NCBI GenBank assembly: GCA_938014335.1
Contig: CALLRP010000006.1
Location: 14,226 to 78,225, forward strand
DNA: 64,000 bases
Direction of reading: 5' to 3'
From: an uncultured bacterium
GTDB taxonomy: Bacteria > Hydrogenedentota > Hydrogenedentia > Hydrogenedentales > Hydrogenedentaceae
The position numbers and the translations under genes were made by a program. Positions within the stretch are counted from its first letter, which is position 1. Each line of letters begins with the position of its first letter. Below, piece after piece: positions 10,523 through 19,331 of the stretch. The notes under the pieces were generated by a model. It made no database searches and was not told the DNA's origin. It saw only the letters and a list, made by a program, of their open reading frames with translations.

Positions 10523-10523
10523 C

Positions 10524-10988
10524 ATGAAATTTAATCGGAAAAAGAATCATAGTAAGTTGGTTAAGGCAACCATAGATTTGACCCCTCTCATTGATGTTGT
10601 ATTCCAATTACTTCTCTTTTTCATGTTAACATCCACTTTTGTGGTTCAGGCATCAATTCCTGTTGAATTATCAAAAAGCGATTCTTCGGAGCAGTTAGAA
10701 CAAAAAGATGCAACCGTAACATTAGCCTATGGTGAAGGTGGACCCGATAATCAGGGTGAGATTTATTATACAGAAGATAATGAAGTCCCTATTAAAAGCT
10801 GGTACGAATTAACGAGGGCAATGGAAAGTTTTTATGAGAGAAGACCCGAAGGACTTTTACTAATTCGTCCTGATCGTCGGGTTCCTACAGAAAGATTAGT
10901 TAAAGTACTTGGAATTGCCAATTCTGTCGGAATTAAGCATTACGGAATTGCAGCAATTCCTTCAACTACTGAAGAAACAACTCAATAA
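10524..10988 (+). CDS. ExbD/TolR-family biopolymer transport protein
   Basis: 154 aa. N-terminal TM with the family signature IDLTPLIDVVFQLLLFFM. The start is 1 nt after the stop of the preceding gene. Confidence 0.85.
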   Translation: MKFNRKKNHSKLVKATIDLTPLIDVVFQLLLFFMLTSTFVVQASIPVELSKSDSSEQLEQKDATVTLAYGEGGPDNQGEIYYTEDNEVPIKSWYELTRAMESFYERRPEGLLLIRPDRRVPTERLVKVLGIANSVGIKHYGIAAIPSTTEETTQ

Positions 10989-11004
10989 CAAACGGATTAA
11001 GAAA

Positions 11005-11988
11005 ATGAAAAGGCGCACGCGGAAATCCGTGCGCAAGCACGCCAAAAATTATGAGATGGAAAAAGATATTCAGGAGCCCCCTGATTTTTCTAAAATCTCG
11101 GAAGCTTTATCTTTGCCCCAAATGGGAGAAGAATCCTTTCAATATGCTATTTCTACAAGTCCCCAAGGGGATTTGCTAGTCCAATTAAAGAAGGACCGCA
11201 ATCGTTTTTTTAAAACAATCATTTTTGCTCTTCTTCTTCACCTTTCTGCAGTTACTCTTTTCAAAATTGTAGTTTATATTCCTCGTTCTGACCTCCAATA
11301 TCTCGATATTCGCGTTGTTCAAGCAGATATAGATGAAAGTTATAGGCCTACTTTAATCTCGCGATTAAGATTATCAGAAAATTTAGGAAGTGATGATGTC
11401 CTTAATATAAATGAATTAAAACAATCAAGCAGTTTTGAGCTCCCTAAAATCGAGTTTGAAGAATTAGAAAAGTTGAGACTTCGTAGAACATTGGTTGAAG
11501 AAGAAACGATTCCTACTCCTTTATCGGAAGAATACAAGGATAGTTGGGCACAGTTCGGTGCAGGTATTAATCGAATTAGAGAATCTATAAGCGCATTAAG
11601 TCCTTTTGCACCAGCAACAGGAATAAAAGAGAAACAGTCAAACGATAATTCGGGTGCTCCACTGATAAAACAAAACATTGGAAATGGTATAGAAATTATT
11701 TTCCGTTGGATAAATCCTCCGTATGACAGGACCGTTTTGTTTTTCCCAGGTCTATTAGAAATGTCAAGGAAGTCTATGGTAGATGAAGATAAAGATTATG
11801 ATTTTATGTTAACAGTATTATCTGATGGGACTGTTACAAGAGTAATAGACTTGAATATAATTGAGGATGAAATATCAAAGTATATAGAAGAAGAAATGAG
11901 TAAAATTCGATTTGAACCCTTGATCAATCCTGATATTGGGGAACAACAAGTAACAATTCGCTATCGCATATCAAAGGCTTTGTTATGA
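11005..11988 (+). CDS. TonB/TolA-like energy-transducer candidate
   Basis: ATG at 11005; the track start at 10909 would overlap the ExbD gene by 80 nt. It has a basic N-terminus, one TM (IIFALLLHLSAVTLFKIVVYI), a long polar linker and a beta-rich C-terminal ~80 aa. Its position after ExbB-ExbD fits a TonB/TolA role, but the sequence-level match to TonB_C is weak. Confidence 0.5.
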   Translation: MKRRTRKSVRKHAKNYEMEKDIQEPPDFSKISEALSLPQMGEESFQYAISTSPQGDLLVQLKKDRNRFFKTIIFALLLHLSAVTLFKIVVYIPRSDLQYLDIRVVQADIDESYRPTLISRLRLSENLGSDDVLNINELKQSSSFELPKIEFEELEKLRLRRTLVEEETIPTPLSEEYKDSWAQFGAGINRIRESISALSPFAPATGIKEKQSNDNSGAPLIKQNIGNGIEIIFRWINPPYDRTVLFFPGLLEMSRKSMVDEDKDYDFMLTVLSDGTVTRVIDLNIIEDEISKYIEEEMSKIRFEPLINPDIGEQQVTIRYRISKALL

Positions 11989-12326
11989 TCGAAATATCCA
12001 TAACAGAAGCATTCGTTATTTATTCGTTTATAATTGCGCTTTCTGGTATTATTCTGTGGGGATTATCTGAAGTGGGGACACGACGAATCTATACCGCATT
12101 TAAAAACCAAAATGTTTGGGAGTGTAAATATTGTGCTTTTGTATATCTTGACACAGAAGCAGAAGAAATATCTCAATGTCCTCGTTGTTATAGTTTTAAT
12201 ATTATTTCGACTGCTAATAATATTATGCAAGATGAAAGCAAAGAGGAAAATATAGAACCTCGTCGAAATCCCTCCCACAAAAAACACCCACATGCACGCC
12301 ATCGGGGTCCCCGGAAAAGAAGGTAA
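11985..12326 (+). CDS. Membrane-anchored zinc-ribbon protein with basic tail
   Basis: 113 aa. ATGA overlap with the preceding gene. N-terminal TM, a CKYC-x14-CPRC zinc ribbon and a highly basic C-terminus (HKKHPHARHRGPRKRR). Confidence 0.55.
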   Translation: MIEISITEAFVIYSFIIALSGIILWGLSEVGTRRIYTAFKNQNVWECKYCAFVYLDTEAEEISQCPRCYSFNIISTANNIMQDESKEENIEPRRNPSHKKHPHARHRGPRKRR

Positions 12327-12337
12327 AGGTTTTATTT

Positions 12338-13303
12338 TTATTTAGATGAGAAAAAATTAATTAGTTTTTGCAACAGTGAAAATTTCTTTTCGGGAGATAC
12401 AATTATCATTCTTTCGTGATGAAGCATGTCTTTATGCTCTAATTCCCCAATGATTCGAATGGCAACAGCAGTAATATTGTCAGGGGCTCCCTCTTCAATG
12501 GCCTTATCGACAAGGAAATTTAATCCCTCAGTCAGTTTTTGAGATGATAGTCCTTGTTGGATTTGTTCATCTGTTATCATATTACTCAAGCCATCTGAGC
12601 AGAGAAGAAGGGTATCACCTGTTTTTATTGAAAAAGCATATAAATCGGTCTCAACGATTTCTTTAATTCCTAAAGCTCTTGTTATAAGATTTTTTAACAT
12701 GTGGTTTCGAGCTTCTTCCTCATTAATTAAACCTTCTTTTAACTGCTCTGCCACAATTGAGTGGTCCTCGGTTACTTGTTTTACAGGATAATCATTTCTG
12801 TAAAGGTAAATGCGACTGTCTCCAACCTGAGCGACATATCCAACATCTCCATGAATAACTAATGCAGACAAAGTTGTCCCCATTCCAAAATAAGAGGGAT
12901 CATTTTCACTCAAATTAAAAATATCACTATTAATTTTTTGGATAGCATTTAGTAATATATCTGGAATATGGTTCCCTTCCGATTGAAAATAATAATCAGT
13001 TAGATATGATACAGCCATTTTACTAGCATGTTCTCCAGCTACAGCACCACCCATCCCATCCGCAACAGCAGTTAATATCCCTAATCGTTCCTGATAATTA
13101 TTATCTCTCGCCTTTGAGAAAAGACAATGATCCTCATTATTTGTTCTACGATTCCCAATATCGGAAATCATGCAGACTTCGATAATTTCATTTGTATAAT
13201 CATAGATATATCTTTTTTCACTTTGGGGACCAATTTCTTTCAGAATATTTGTCTGGGGTTCACACACAGGTTTTTCCTTGTTTCTTCTTCTTTTCATATC
13301 CAT
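12338..13303 (-). CDS. PP2C-family (PPM) serine/threonine protein phosphatase
   Basis: 321 aa. PPM motifs RTNNEDH, ADGMGGAVAGEHAS, GDSRIYL, LLLCSDGL and DNITAV. Confidence 0.88.
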   Translation of the reverse strand: MDMKRRRNKEKPVCEPQTNILKEIGPQSEKRYIYDYTNEIIEVCMISDIGNRRTNNEDHCLFSKARDNNYQERLGILTAVADGMGGAVAGEHASKMAVSYLTDYYFQSEGNHIPDILLNAIQKINSDIFNLSENDPSYFGMGTTLSALVIHGDVGYVAQVGDSRIYLYRNDYPVKQVTEDHSIVAEQLKEGLINEEEARNHMLKNLITRALGIKEIVETDLYAFSIKTGDTLLLCSDGLSNMITDEQIQQGLSSQKLTEGLNFLVDKAIEEGAPDNITAVAIRIIGELEHKDMLHHERMIIVSPEKKFSLLQKLINFFSSK

Positions 13304-13317
13304 ATTTTATCATGATT

Positions 13318-14307
13318 TTAACTATTCCGACTATTAAATTTTGTCCTATTTTCATCAGGGAAACCCGAAGTCCGTGCACAAATATATAAAGGTCGCTGCT
13401 TCACTTCATCATAAATTCGGGCAATATATTCACCTAAAAGAGCTATCCCTACTAAATTTATCCCCCCAAAAAAAGAAATGGAAATAAGTTGAGATGCCCA
13501 TGCTGTTACTGCAAGTCCCGTTATCCATTTATGATAAAGGGCAAATATAATTAATCCGAAACAGAGTAATAAACTCCCTATGCCGGCAAATCGGAAGAAA
13601 AATAAGGGTACATAGGAAAAGGAAAAAAACGCATTCATGGCAAGTGTCCATAAACCGCGGAATCCCACGCGAGGTTTTGAATCATAACGAGCTCTTCTTT
13701 CAACCACAACGCCTGTTTGTTTAAAACCGACCCATCCTCGAAGTCCTGGAATGTAACGGTTTCGTTCCGGGCATGATTTAATGGCTTCAATTACCTTTCG
13801 GTCAATCAAAGCAAAATTCCCAGCATCGAGTGGGAGTGATATTTGAGCACTAAATGATAATAGACGATAAAAAAACCATGAACAAAAACGAAAAAGAAAA
13901 CCTTCTTTTCGTTGAGCTCTGGTTGCGAAAATTACATCATATCCATTTTCCCATAGTTCCATAAATTTAGAAAAACATCGAGGGTCATCTTGACCATCGG
14001 AATCCATAATTATTGCACAATTTCCAGAAGCAAAATGTAAACCGGCAGTTATGGCAGATGCTTGGCCAAAATTTCTGGCTAAATGAACAGCGAAAATAAG
14101 ACCGGGGTATGTCTCTGTTAAATAATCCAAATGCTTTTCGGTCTCATCTGTACTCCCATCATTTACAAGGATTATTTCACTCCTTTTTGTTATGCCTAAT
14201 TCACTTAAAACTTCGATAATCTCCGATACAAAATCTTTAATATACGAACCTTCATTAAATACAGGGGCTATAATGGATAATTTGAAATTTAAAGGTCTGG
14301 TTTCCAT
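13318..14307 (-). CDS. Family 2 glycosyltransferase, polyprenyl-phosphate sugar synthase type (DPM1/ArnC/GtrB-like)
   Basis: 329 aa. GT-A motifs SIIAPVFNE, LVNDGSTDET and DSDGQDDP (DxD), plus two C-terminal TM helices. Confidence 0.85.
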   Translation of the reverse strand: METRPLNFKLSIIAPVFNEGSYIKDFVSEIIEVLSELGITKRSEIILVNDGSTDETEKHLDYLTETYPGLIFAVHLARNFGQASAITAGLHFASGNCAIIMDSDGQDDPRCFSKFMELWENGYDVIFATRAQRKEGFLFRFCSWFFYRLLSFSAQISLPLDAGNFALIDRKVIEAIKSCPERNRYIPGLRGWVGFKQTGVVVERRARYDSKPRVGFRGLWTLAMNAFFSFSYVPLFFFRFAGIGSLLLCFGLIIFALYHKWITGLAVTAWASQLISISFFGGINLVGIALLGEYIARIYDEVKQRPLYICARTSGFPDENRTKFNSRNS

Positions 14308-14309
14308 TT

Positions 14310-15161
14310 TTATGTAATAGATGGTGTATTCACAAATATTTTTATTATCATTTCGACAGGATTTATTCCTATTAGCAGCTGAATACCTATTATAATGGTT
14401 AATATCATGATAACAAAATTAAAGGTATGTTCTGAAATTTTATTATGAAGCCAAACCCCCAAAAAAGAGCCTATAGGAATAAAAGGAATTAAAAAAACAT
14501 CCAACTTAAGCACAGACCAATCTACTAATCCGACACCAATATAAAAAGGCAACTTTGTAATATTAATGAGTGTAAAAGTCCAAGCTACAGTTCCAACAAA
14601 CATGGTTTTGCCTAAATTTTTAGAAAAAAGGAACAAACTTACAATGGGACCTGCAGCATGAGCAAGGGTTGAGGTAATCCCTGCTAAAATACCTGCAACA
14701 ATTCCAACTCGCATACCAAAACTTTTGTTTTCCACCCATTTCATAGAAAACTCTTTGAGCCAGATATATAATGCAAAGATGATAGCAAAGACTCCAACAA
14801 ATTGCTTCAATGGTTTTTCGTATTCTTTGACTCCATTTTCTCCCATGTACCACCACATGAGTGAACCTATAAGAATTCCAATAATTGCAGGAATATAAAT
14901 TTCCATTATAGGTTTCCATATTTTATTTTTTCTATGAATATATACAGCATTCAAATCACATAAAATTAATATAGGAAGTAGCGTTGCTGCGACCTTATCC
15001 GGTGGCATAACTAACATCATGAGAGGTACAGAAATAATTCCCGCCCCCCCTGCAAAACCTGATTTGCTAATTCCTTGAATCAAAACACCGATTGCAACAA
15101 AAATCCAGAACAAAACCACAGGAATATCAGGAAGAGCATAAGAAGCCCCAATATTTGTCAT
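14310..15161 (-). CDS. TauE/SafE (DUF81) family anion exporter-like membrane protein
   Basis: 283 aa, about 8 TM helices in a two-repeat arrangement, with a Gly-rich helix (GFAGGAGIISVPLMM). The stop is 2 nt upstream of the downstream GT2 start on the same strand. Confidence 0.8.
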   Translation of the reverse strand: MTNIGASYALPDIPVVLFWIFVAIGVLIQGISKSGFAGGAGIISVPLMMLVMPPDKVAATLLPILILCDLNAVYIHRKNKIWKPIMEIYIPAIIGILIGSLMWWYMGENGVKEYEKPLKQFVGVFAIIFALYIWLKEFSMKWVENKSFGMRVGIVAGILAGITSTLAHAAGPIVSLFLFSKNLGKTMFVGTVAWTFTLINITKLPFYIGVGLVDWSVLKLDVFLIPFIPIGSFLGVWLHNKISEHTFNFVIMILTIIIGIQLLIGINPVEMIIKIFVNTPSIT

Positions 15162-15366
15162 AGTTAGATATAAGTCCTATTAAAATTCAAGTTTTTAGTC
15201 TCAAATATGGTGACAAATAATTAATAATAAAGCATGATTATATAACATTCATGAAAATAAATTAACAAAATATGGTGAGTCGGATTCGAACATCAATTTG
15301 CTTATAGCATTATTTTTCAGTATTATGTTTTTAACATAATTATAGAATTTAATAAGGAGATGTTCT

Positions 15367-16899
15367 ATGCTTAACTTGGGTTATGTCTTGGAAGAAACCG
15401 CAAAAACATATCCAAATATTACAGCTATTATTTTAGATGCGATAAAAATGAGTTATGAACAATTGAATAAATACTCCAATAGAATAGCAAATATTTTGAA
15501 GAAAAAAGGGCTGAAAAAAGGAGATAAAGTTGCAGTAATGATTCCAAATGTTCCCTATTTTCCTATGGTATATTATGGAATTTTGAAAGCAGGAGGGGTA
15601 GTGGTTCCTGTAAATGTGTTATATCAAAAGATGGAAATCGAACATTATATCCGAGATTCCGAAGCCGTTGTTTTTTTTGTTTATCATGGTTGTTCTGAAG
15701 AGGCAGTTAAGGCTTTTCAATCCGTAGATTCATGCAAGCATCTTATCATAATACCTCCTATGGATAATCTGGGAGACTTAGAAGTGGGTGAGAATTTTAA
15801 TAAATTAGTTATGGAATCCAGCGATGAATTTGATGTGGTGCAAACCATGCCCGATGATACAGCCGTTATTTTATACACATCAGGCACAACAGGAGCACCT
15901 AAAGGGGCAGAATTAACACACTTCAATATGTTTTTCAATGCTTATTATGCATCTCATGAAATTGTCCGTGTAAAGCCGGGCATGGTCGCATTAGTAGTTT
16001 TACCTTTATTCCATTCTTTTGGGCAAACTTGTGTAATGAATGCTTGCATTATGCGAGGGGGAACAATGTCAATGTTACCCCGTTTTGAAACCCAAAAAGC
16101 AATGGAAGTTATATCACGAGATCGTGTTAATGTCCTTGCAATGGTTCCGACTATGTATGCATTTATTTTAAATGCTCCTAACTGGCCAGATTACGATTTT
16201 TCCTGTGTAACTCTGGCGGTATCTGGGGGCGCCGCTTTGCCCGCGGATATACATCAAAGATTTCAAGAGAGATATGGTATTACAATTCTTGAAGGCTACG
16301 GTCTATCCGAAACAAGTCCTGTTGCATCTTTTACGGTGTTAGGAGAAGAAGTTCGCATAGGTTCTATTGGTAAACCTATCTGGGGAGTAGATATGCGTAT
16401 TATGAGAGATGATGGAACATTTGCTGAACCAGATGAAATAGGAGAAATTGTAATCCGTGGACATAATGTTATGAAAGGATATTATAAACGTCCTGAAGCC
16501 ACTGCGGAAGTAATGCTTAATGATTGGTTCCATACAGGAGATATGGGACGAATAGATAAAGATGGATATTTCTATATAGTTGACCGCAAAAAAGAACTGA
16601 TTATTCGTGGAGGTATGAATATATATCCAAGAGAGATTGAAGAAGTTTTGTATACACATCCCAAAGTTTTGGAGGCGGCTGTAGTTGGCATACCGGATAA
16701 ATTGCGGGGAGAAGAAGTTCGTGTTTATGTAGCACCCAAAGAAGGCGAAGAAATTCATCCTGAAGAAATTATGCAGTTTTTACAAGAAAAAATCGCCAAG
16801 TTCAAATGGCCTAAAGATGTAGTTGTATTACCTCAATTACCTAAAGGTCCCACCGGTAAAATCTTAAAACGACAATTGAGAAGTATGCCCATCGTTTAA
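15367..16899 (+). CDS. AMP-dependent acyl-CoA ligase (long/medium-chain fatty acid-CoA ligase type)
   Basis: 510 aa. Motifs YTSGTTGAPKGA, GYGLSET, TGDMGRIDKDGYFYIVDRKKELI and a C-terminal PKGPTGKILKR. AAGGAG lies upstream. Confidence 0.9.
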   Translation: MLNLGYVLEETAKTYPNITAIILDAIKMSYEQLNKYSNRIANILKKKGLKKGDKVAVMIPNVPYFPMVYYGILKAGGVVVPVNVLYQKMEIEHYIRDSEAVVFFVYHGCSEEAVKAFQSVDSCKHLIIIPPMDNLGDLEVGENFNKLVMESSDEFDVVQTMPDDTAVILYTSGTTGAPKGAELTHFNMFFNAYYASHEIVRVKPGMVALVVLPLFHSFGQTCVMNACIMRGGTMSMLPRFETQKAMEVISRDRVNVLAMVPTMYAFILNAPNWPDYDFSCVTLAVSGGAALPADIHQRFQERYGITILEGYGLSETSPVASFTVLGEEVRIGSIGKPIWGVDMRIMRDDGTFAEPDEIGEIVIRGHNVMKGYYKRPEATAEVMLNDWFHTGDMGRIDKDGYFYIVDRKKELIIRGGMNIYPREIEEVLYTHPKVLEAAVVGIPDKLRGEEVRVYVAPKEGEEIHPEEIMQFLQEKIAKFKWPKDVVVLPQLPKGPTGKILKRQLRSMPIV

Positions 16900-17191
16900 G
16901 AATTTAAAAAAAATTCTACAGAAATATTAATCGTATTATTTTTTGTTTCTATATGTTTATATATATAATTTTATCTTATATCTTCCATAAGTTTTTCTTA
17001 TATTTACTTTTATACAAATTTGCGAAAATTAATGATTATTTGTAATAAAAGCGTATTTTTCATAACTCATTAAATTTCAAACACATAAAAAGAATGAGTT
17101 ATCTTTTGTTGAATTAATGAAAAAAATGAATATAAATAAAATAATAATTTTATATGTAAATAAAAATATTCAATGAAAAGTATAAATTATG

Positions 17192-17221
17192 TTGACAAAT
17201 AGTATCTATATGTAGTATAAA
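17192..17221 (+). promoter_or_regulatory. Sigma-70-like promoter for the 31-codon Lys/Ala-rich gene
   Basis: TTGACA (17192-17197), an 18-nt spacer, then TATAAA (17216-21). It lies about 85 nt upstream of the ATG at 17306, in a very AT-rich region. Confidence 0.45.
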
Positions 17222-17305
17222 TATTATTGGTATACCACAATATAAAAGTTGTGTATGCCCTGTGTATCTTACAACTTATGTAAACTAATAAAAAGGAGAA
17301 TGGAA

Positions 17306-17401
17306 ATGGCTACAGCAAAAAAGGCCGCTGCAAAGAAGGCTCCTGCGAAGAAAGCCGCCGCAAAGAAGGCTCCTGCAAAGAAAACAGCAGGCAAAAAGTA
17401 A
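17306..17401 (+). CDS. 31-aa Lys/Ala/Pro-rich basic peptide (histone H1-like repeat type), not in the ORF track
   Basis: The ATG is preceded by AAAAGGAGA. Translation: MATAKKAAAKKAPAKKAAAKKAPAKKTAGKK. It contains two tandem 30-nt units (17324-17353 and 17354-17383, 28/30 identical). It has its own promoter-like element and a strong terminator. Confidence 0.6.
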   Translation: MATAKKAAAKKAPAKKAAAKKAPAKKTAGKK

Positions 17402-17430
17402 AGTAGGACAATAATTGCCACTCTTTTCAA

Positions 17431-17467
17431 GTACAGGTCACATTTTTATGTGACCTGTACTTTTTTT
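17431..17467 (+). terminator. Rho-independent terminator
   Basis: 12-bp stem gtacaggtcaca (17431-17442) / tgtgacctgtac (17449-17460), a 6-nt loop, then a T7 run (17461-17467). Confidence 0.75.
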
Positions 17468-17564
17468 GTATGTAGTCATTTTTTGATTGAAATTTGAGTC
17501 AATAAAAAGTCTTTTCGTAAGATTAAGAGTATTTTCGATAATATTTAATAAAAAGGAAAATTTT

Positions 17565-18428
17565 ATGAAACATTCCCTTTGTCTTTTTATGTGTTTAATA
17601 ATTGCTTCTAATATTATTTTAATCTCTAAGCCAGGTTATGCCGAAGACACTATTAAAGTAATGACTTTTAATCTCCGATATGGAACTGCTATGGATGGTC
17701 CTAATCATTGGAATAAGAGAAAAGATATTCTTGTAGAAGTTATAAAGATGTATGACCCTGATTTATTAGGGACTCAAGAATGTCTTGATTTCCAAGCCCG
17801 ATATATAGCAGAACAAATCCCGTCTTATTCTTATGTGGGAAGAGGGAGAGAAAAAGATGGTTCCAGTGAACAGACCGCCGTATTTTATAAGAAAGATTTA
17901 TGGGAAGTTTTAGATACAAAATATTTCTGGATTTCAGAAACCCCCGAAGAACCGGGCTCCAAATCATGGGATACTGTTTGCACGAGAATTGTCACATGGT
18001 TGAAATTAAAATATAAACCATCAGGTAAAGAGGTTCTTTATATTAACACGCATTTAGACCATAAAGGTGAAATTGCCCGTCAAAAAGGGGCGGAGATGAT
18101 ATGTGAAAGAATTAAAAAAGATGGAGACAACGTACCTGTTATCATCACAGGCGATTTTAATGCTGTAGGTGAGAAATCAGAAGCATGGAAAATTTTTATA
18201 AATAATGGTTTTAATGATTCATGGTTAAAAGCAAATGAAAAAGTAGGTCCACTAACGACATGGTGTGGATTTAAAGACCCCGATATGAGTTCAGATACTC
18301 GTATAGATTGGATTTTATATCAAGGACCTTTACATCCGTTAAAATCGGAGACTATTATTTACAATAAAGAAGGAAAATATCCTTCTGACCATTTCCCCGT
18401 AATAACTGTTTTCAAATGGGGCTTATAG
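17565..18428 (+). CDS. Secreted endonuclease/exonuclease/phosphatase (EEP) family protein
   Basis: ATG at 17565 yields a signal peptide (MKHSLCLFMCLIIASNIILISKPGYA). EEP motifs VMTFNLRYG, GTQE, NTHLDH, GDFN and SDHFPV. Confidence 0.85.
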   Translation: MKHSLCLFMCLIIASNIILISKPGYAEDTIKVMTFNLRYGTAMDGPNHWNKRKDILVEVIKMYDPDLLGTQECLDFQARYIAEQIPSYSYVGRGREKDGSSEQTAVFYKKDLWEVLDTKYFWISETPEEPGSKSWDTVCTRIVTWLKLKYKPSGKEVLYINTHLDHKGEIARQKGAEMICERIKKDGDNVPVIITGDFNAVGEKSEAWKIFINNGFNDSWLKANEKVGPLTTWCGFKDPDMSSDTRIDWILYQGPLHPLKSETIIYNKEGKYPSDHFPVITVFKWGL

Positions 18429-18499
18429 TTGTTATATAATTACACATCTTTTCTACCCTTCTATATTTATACACTAAATTAAACTTTTAAAAATATTTT

Positions 18500-19297
18500 T
18501 TGGGAGAAAAAGTTGTGCCAATAGTTAAAGTAGTTACATTTGATTTATGGGATTGTCTTTTTATTGATGACAGCGATGAACCCAAACGAGCAAAGGCAGG
18601 ATTACCCAGTAAAAAAGTTGCACGACGAGAAATTCTTCATAAAGCATTATCAAAAATATCACCTATTGACCGTGCAATTGTTGATATTGCTTTTGATGTA
18701 GTTGATGCTGCCTTTCGGAAGGTATGGCATGACCAACTCATGACCTGGATAGTGGCAGAAAGGCTCTCTGTTTTATTAGAAGGGTTGGGTCGTTCCCTTC
18801 CAAAAGAAGTTTTTGATGAGATAGTCAAATCATACGAGGATATGGAAATTCAATATATGCCTGACCCTGTTCCTGGTGCGGTAGATGCATTAAAAGAATT
18901 GAGTAAACAATATAAGTTAGCCATTATTTCCGATGCTATTTTTACACCGGGAAGGAATTTGAGAATCCTATTAAAAGAAGCAGGAATGTATCCTTACTTT
19001 GATTACTTTGTTTTTTCAGATGAAATAGGAGTGTCCAAACCCCATCCTGCAGTTTTTGAATCAGTTGCCCGATATTTCAATATTGAACTCCAAAATATCG
19101 TCCATGTAGGAGATCGTCCACATAATGATATATTAGGTCCACAGGCTGTAGGGGCAAGAGCTGTACTTTTAACCACAGCAAAAGAAAGGCCGTTAGATGG
19201 GACCTGTCCAGATGCAATTTGCAAAAAATATGAAGATTTACCACGAATTATTCAAGAATTAGATACAGAAAATGAATCTGTGTTTTATAGTAAATAA
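18500..19297 (+). CDS. HAD-superfamily hydrolase
   Basis: 265 aa. Motif I VVTFDLWDCLF and motif IV HVGDRPHNDILG. The start is uncertain (TTG 18500 or GTG 18515). Confidence 0.82.
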   Translation: MGEKVVPIVKVVTFDLWDCLFIDDSDEPKRAKAGLPSKKVARREILHKALSKISPIDRAIVDIAFDVVDAAFRKVWHDQLMTWIVAERLSVLLEGLGRSLPKEVFDEIVKSYEDMEIQYMPDPVPGAVDALKELSKQYKLAIISDAIFTPGRNLRILLKEAGMYPYFDYFVFSDEIGVSKPHPAVFESVARYFNIELQNIVHVGDRPHNDILGPQAVGARAVLLTTAKERPLDGTCPDAICKKYEDLPRIIQELDTENESVFYSK

Positions 19298-19331
19298 TTA
19301 CAAATAATCAAGTAGTAAAGGAGTATCATAT

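Noticed and set aside
10909-11004. Long form of the TonB-like ORF starting at 10909
   Set aside because: It would overlap the ExbD gene by 80 nt in another frame. The ATG at 11005 gives a sensible basic N-terminus followed by a TM.
12034-12302. 73-aa (+) and 79-aa (-) ORFs overlapping the zinc-ribbon gene
   Set aside because: These are alternative-frame or antisense ORFs without signals. The zinc-ribbon frame has the ATGA coupling and a coherent TM-plus-CxxC architecture.
16900-17305. AT-rich region considered as a replication origin or CRISPR leader
   Set aside because: I found no cluster of DnaA-box-like 9-mers, no adjacent dnaA/dnaN, no repeat-spacer array and no cas genes.
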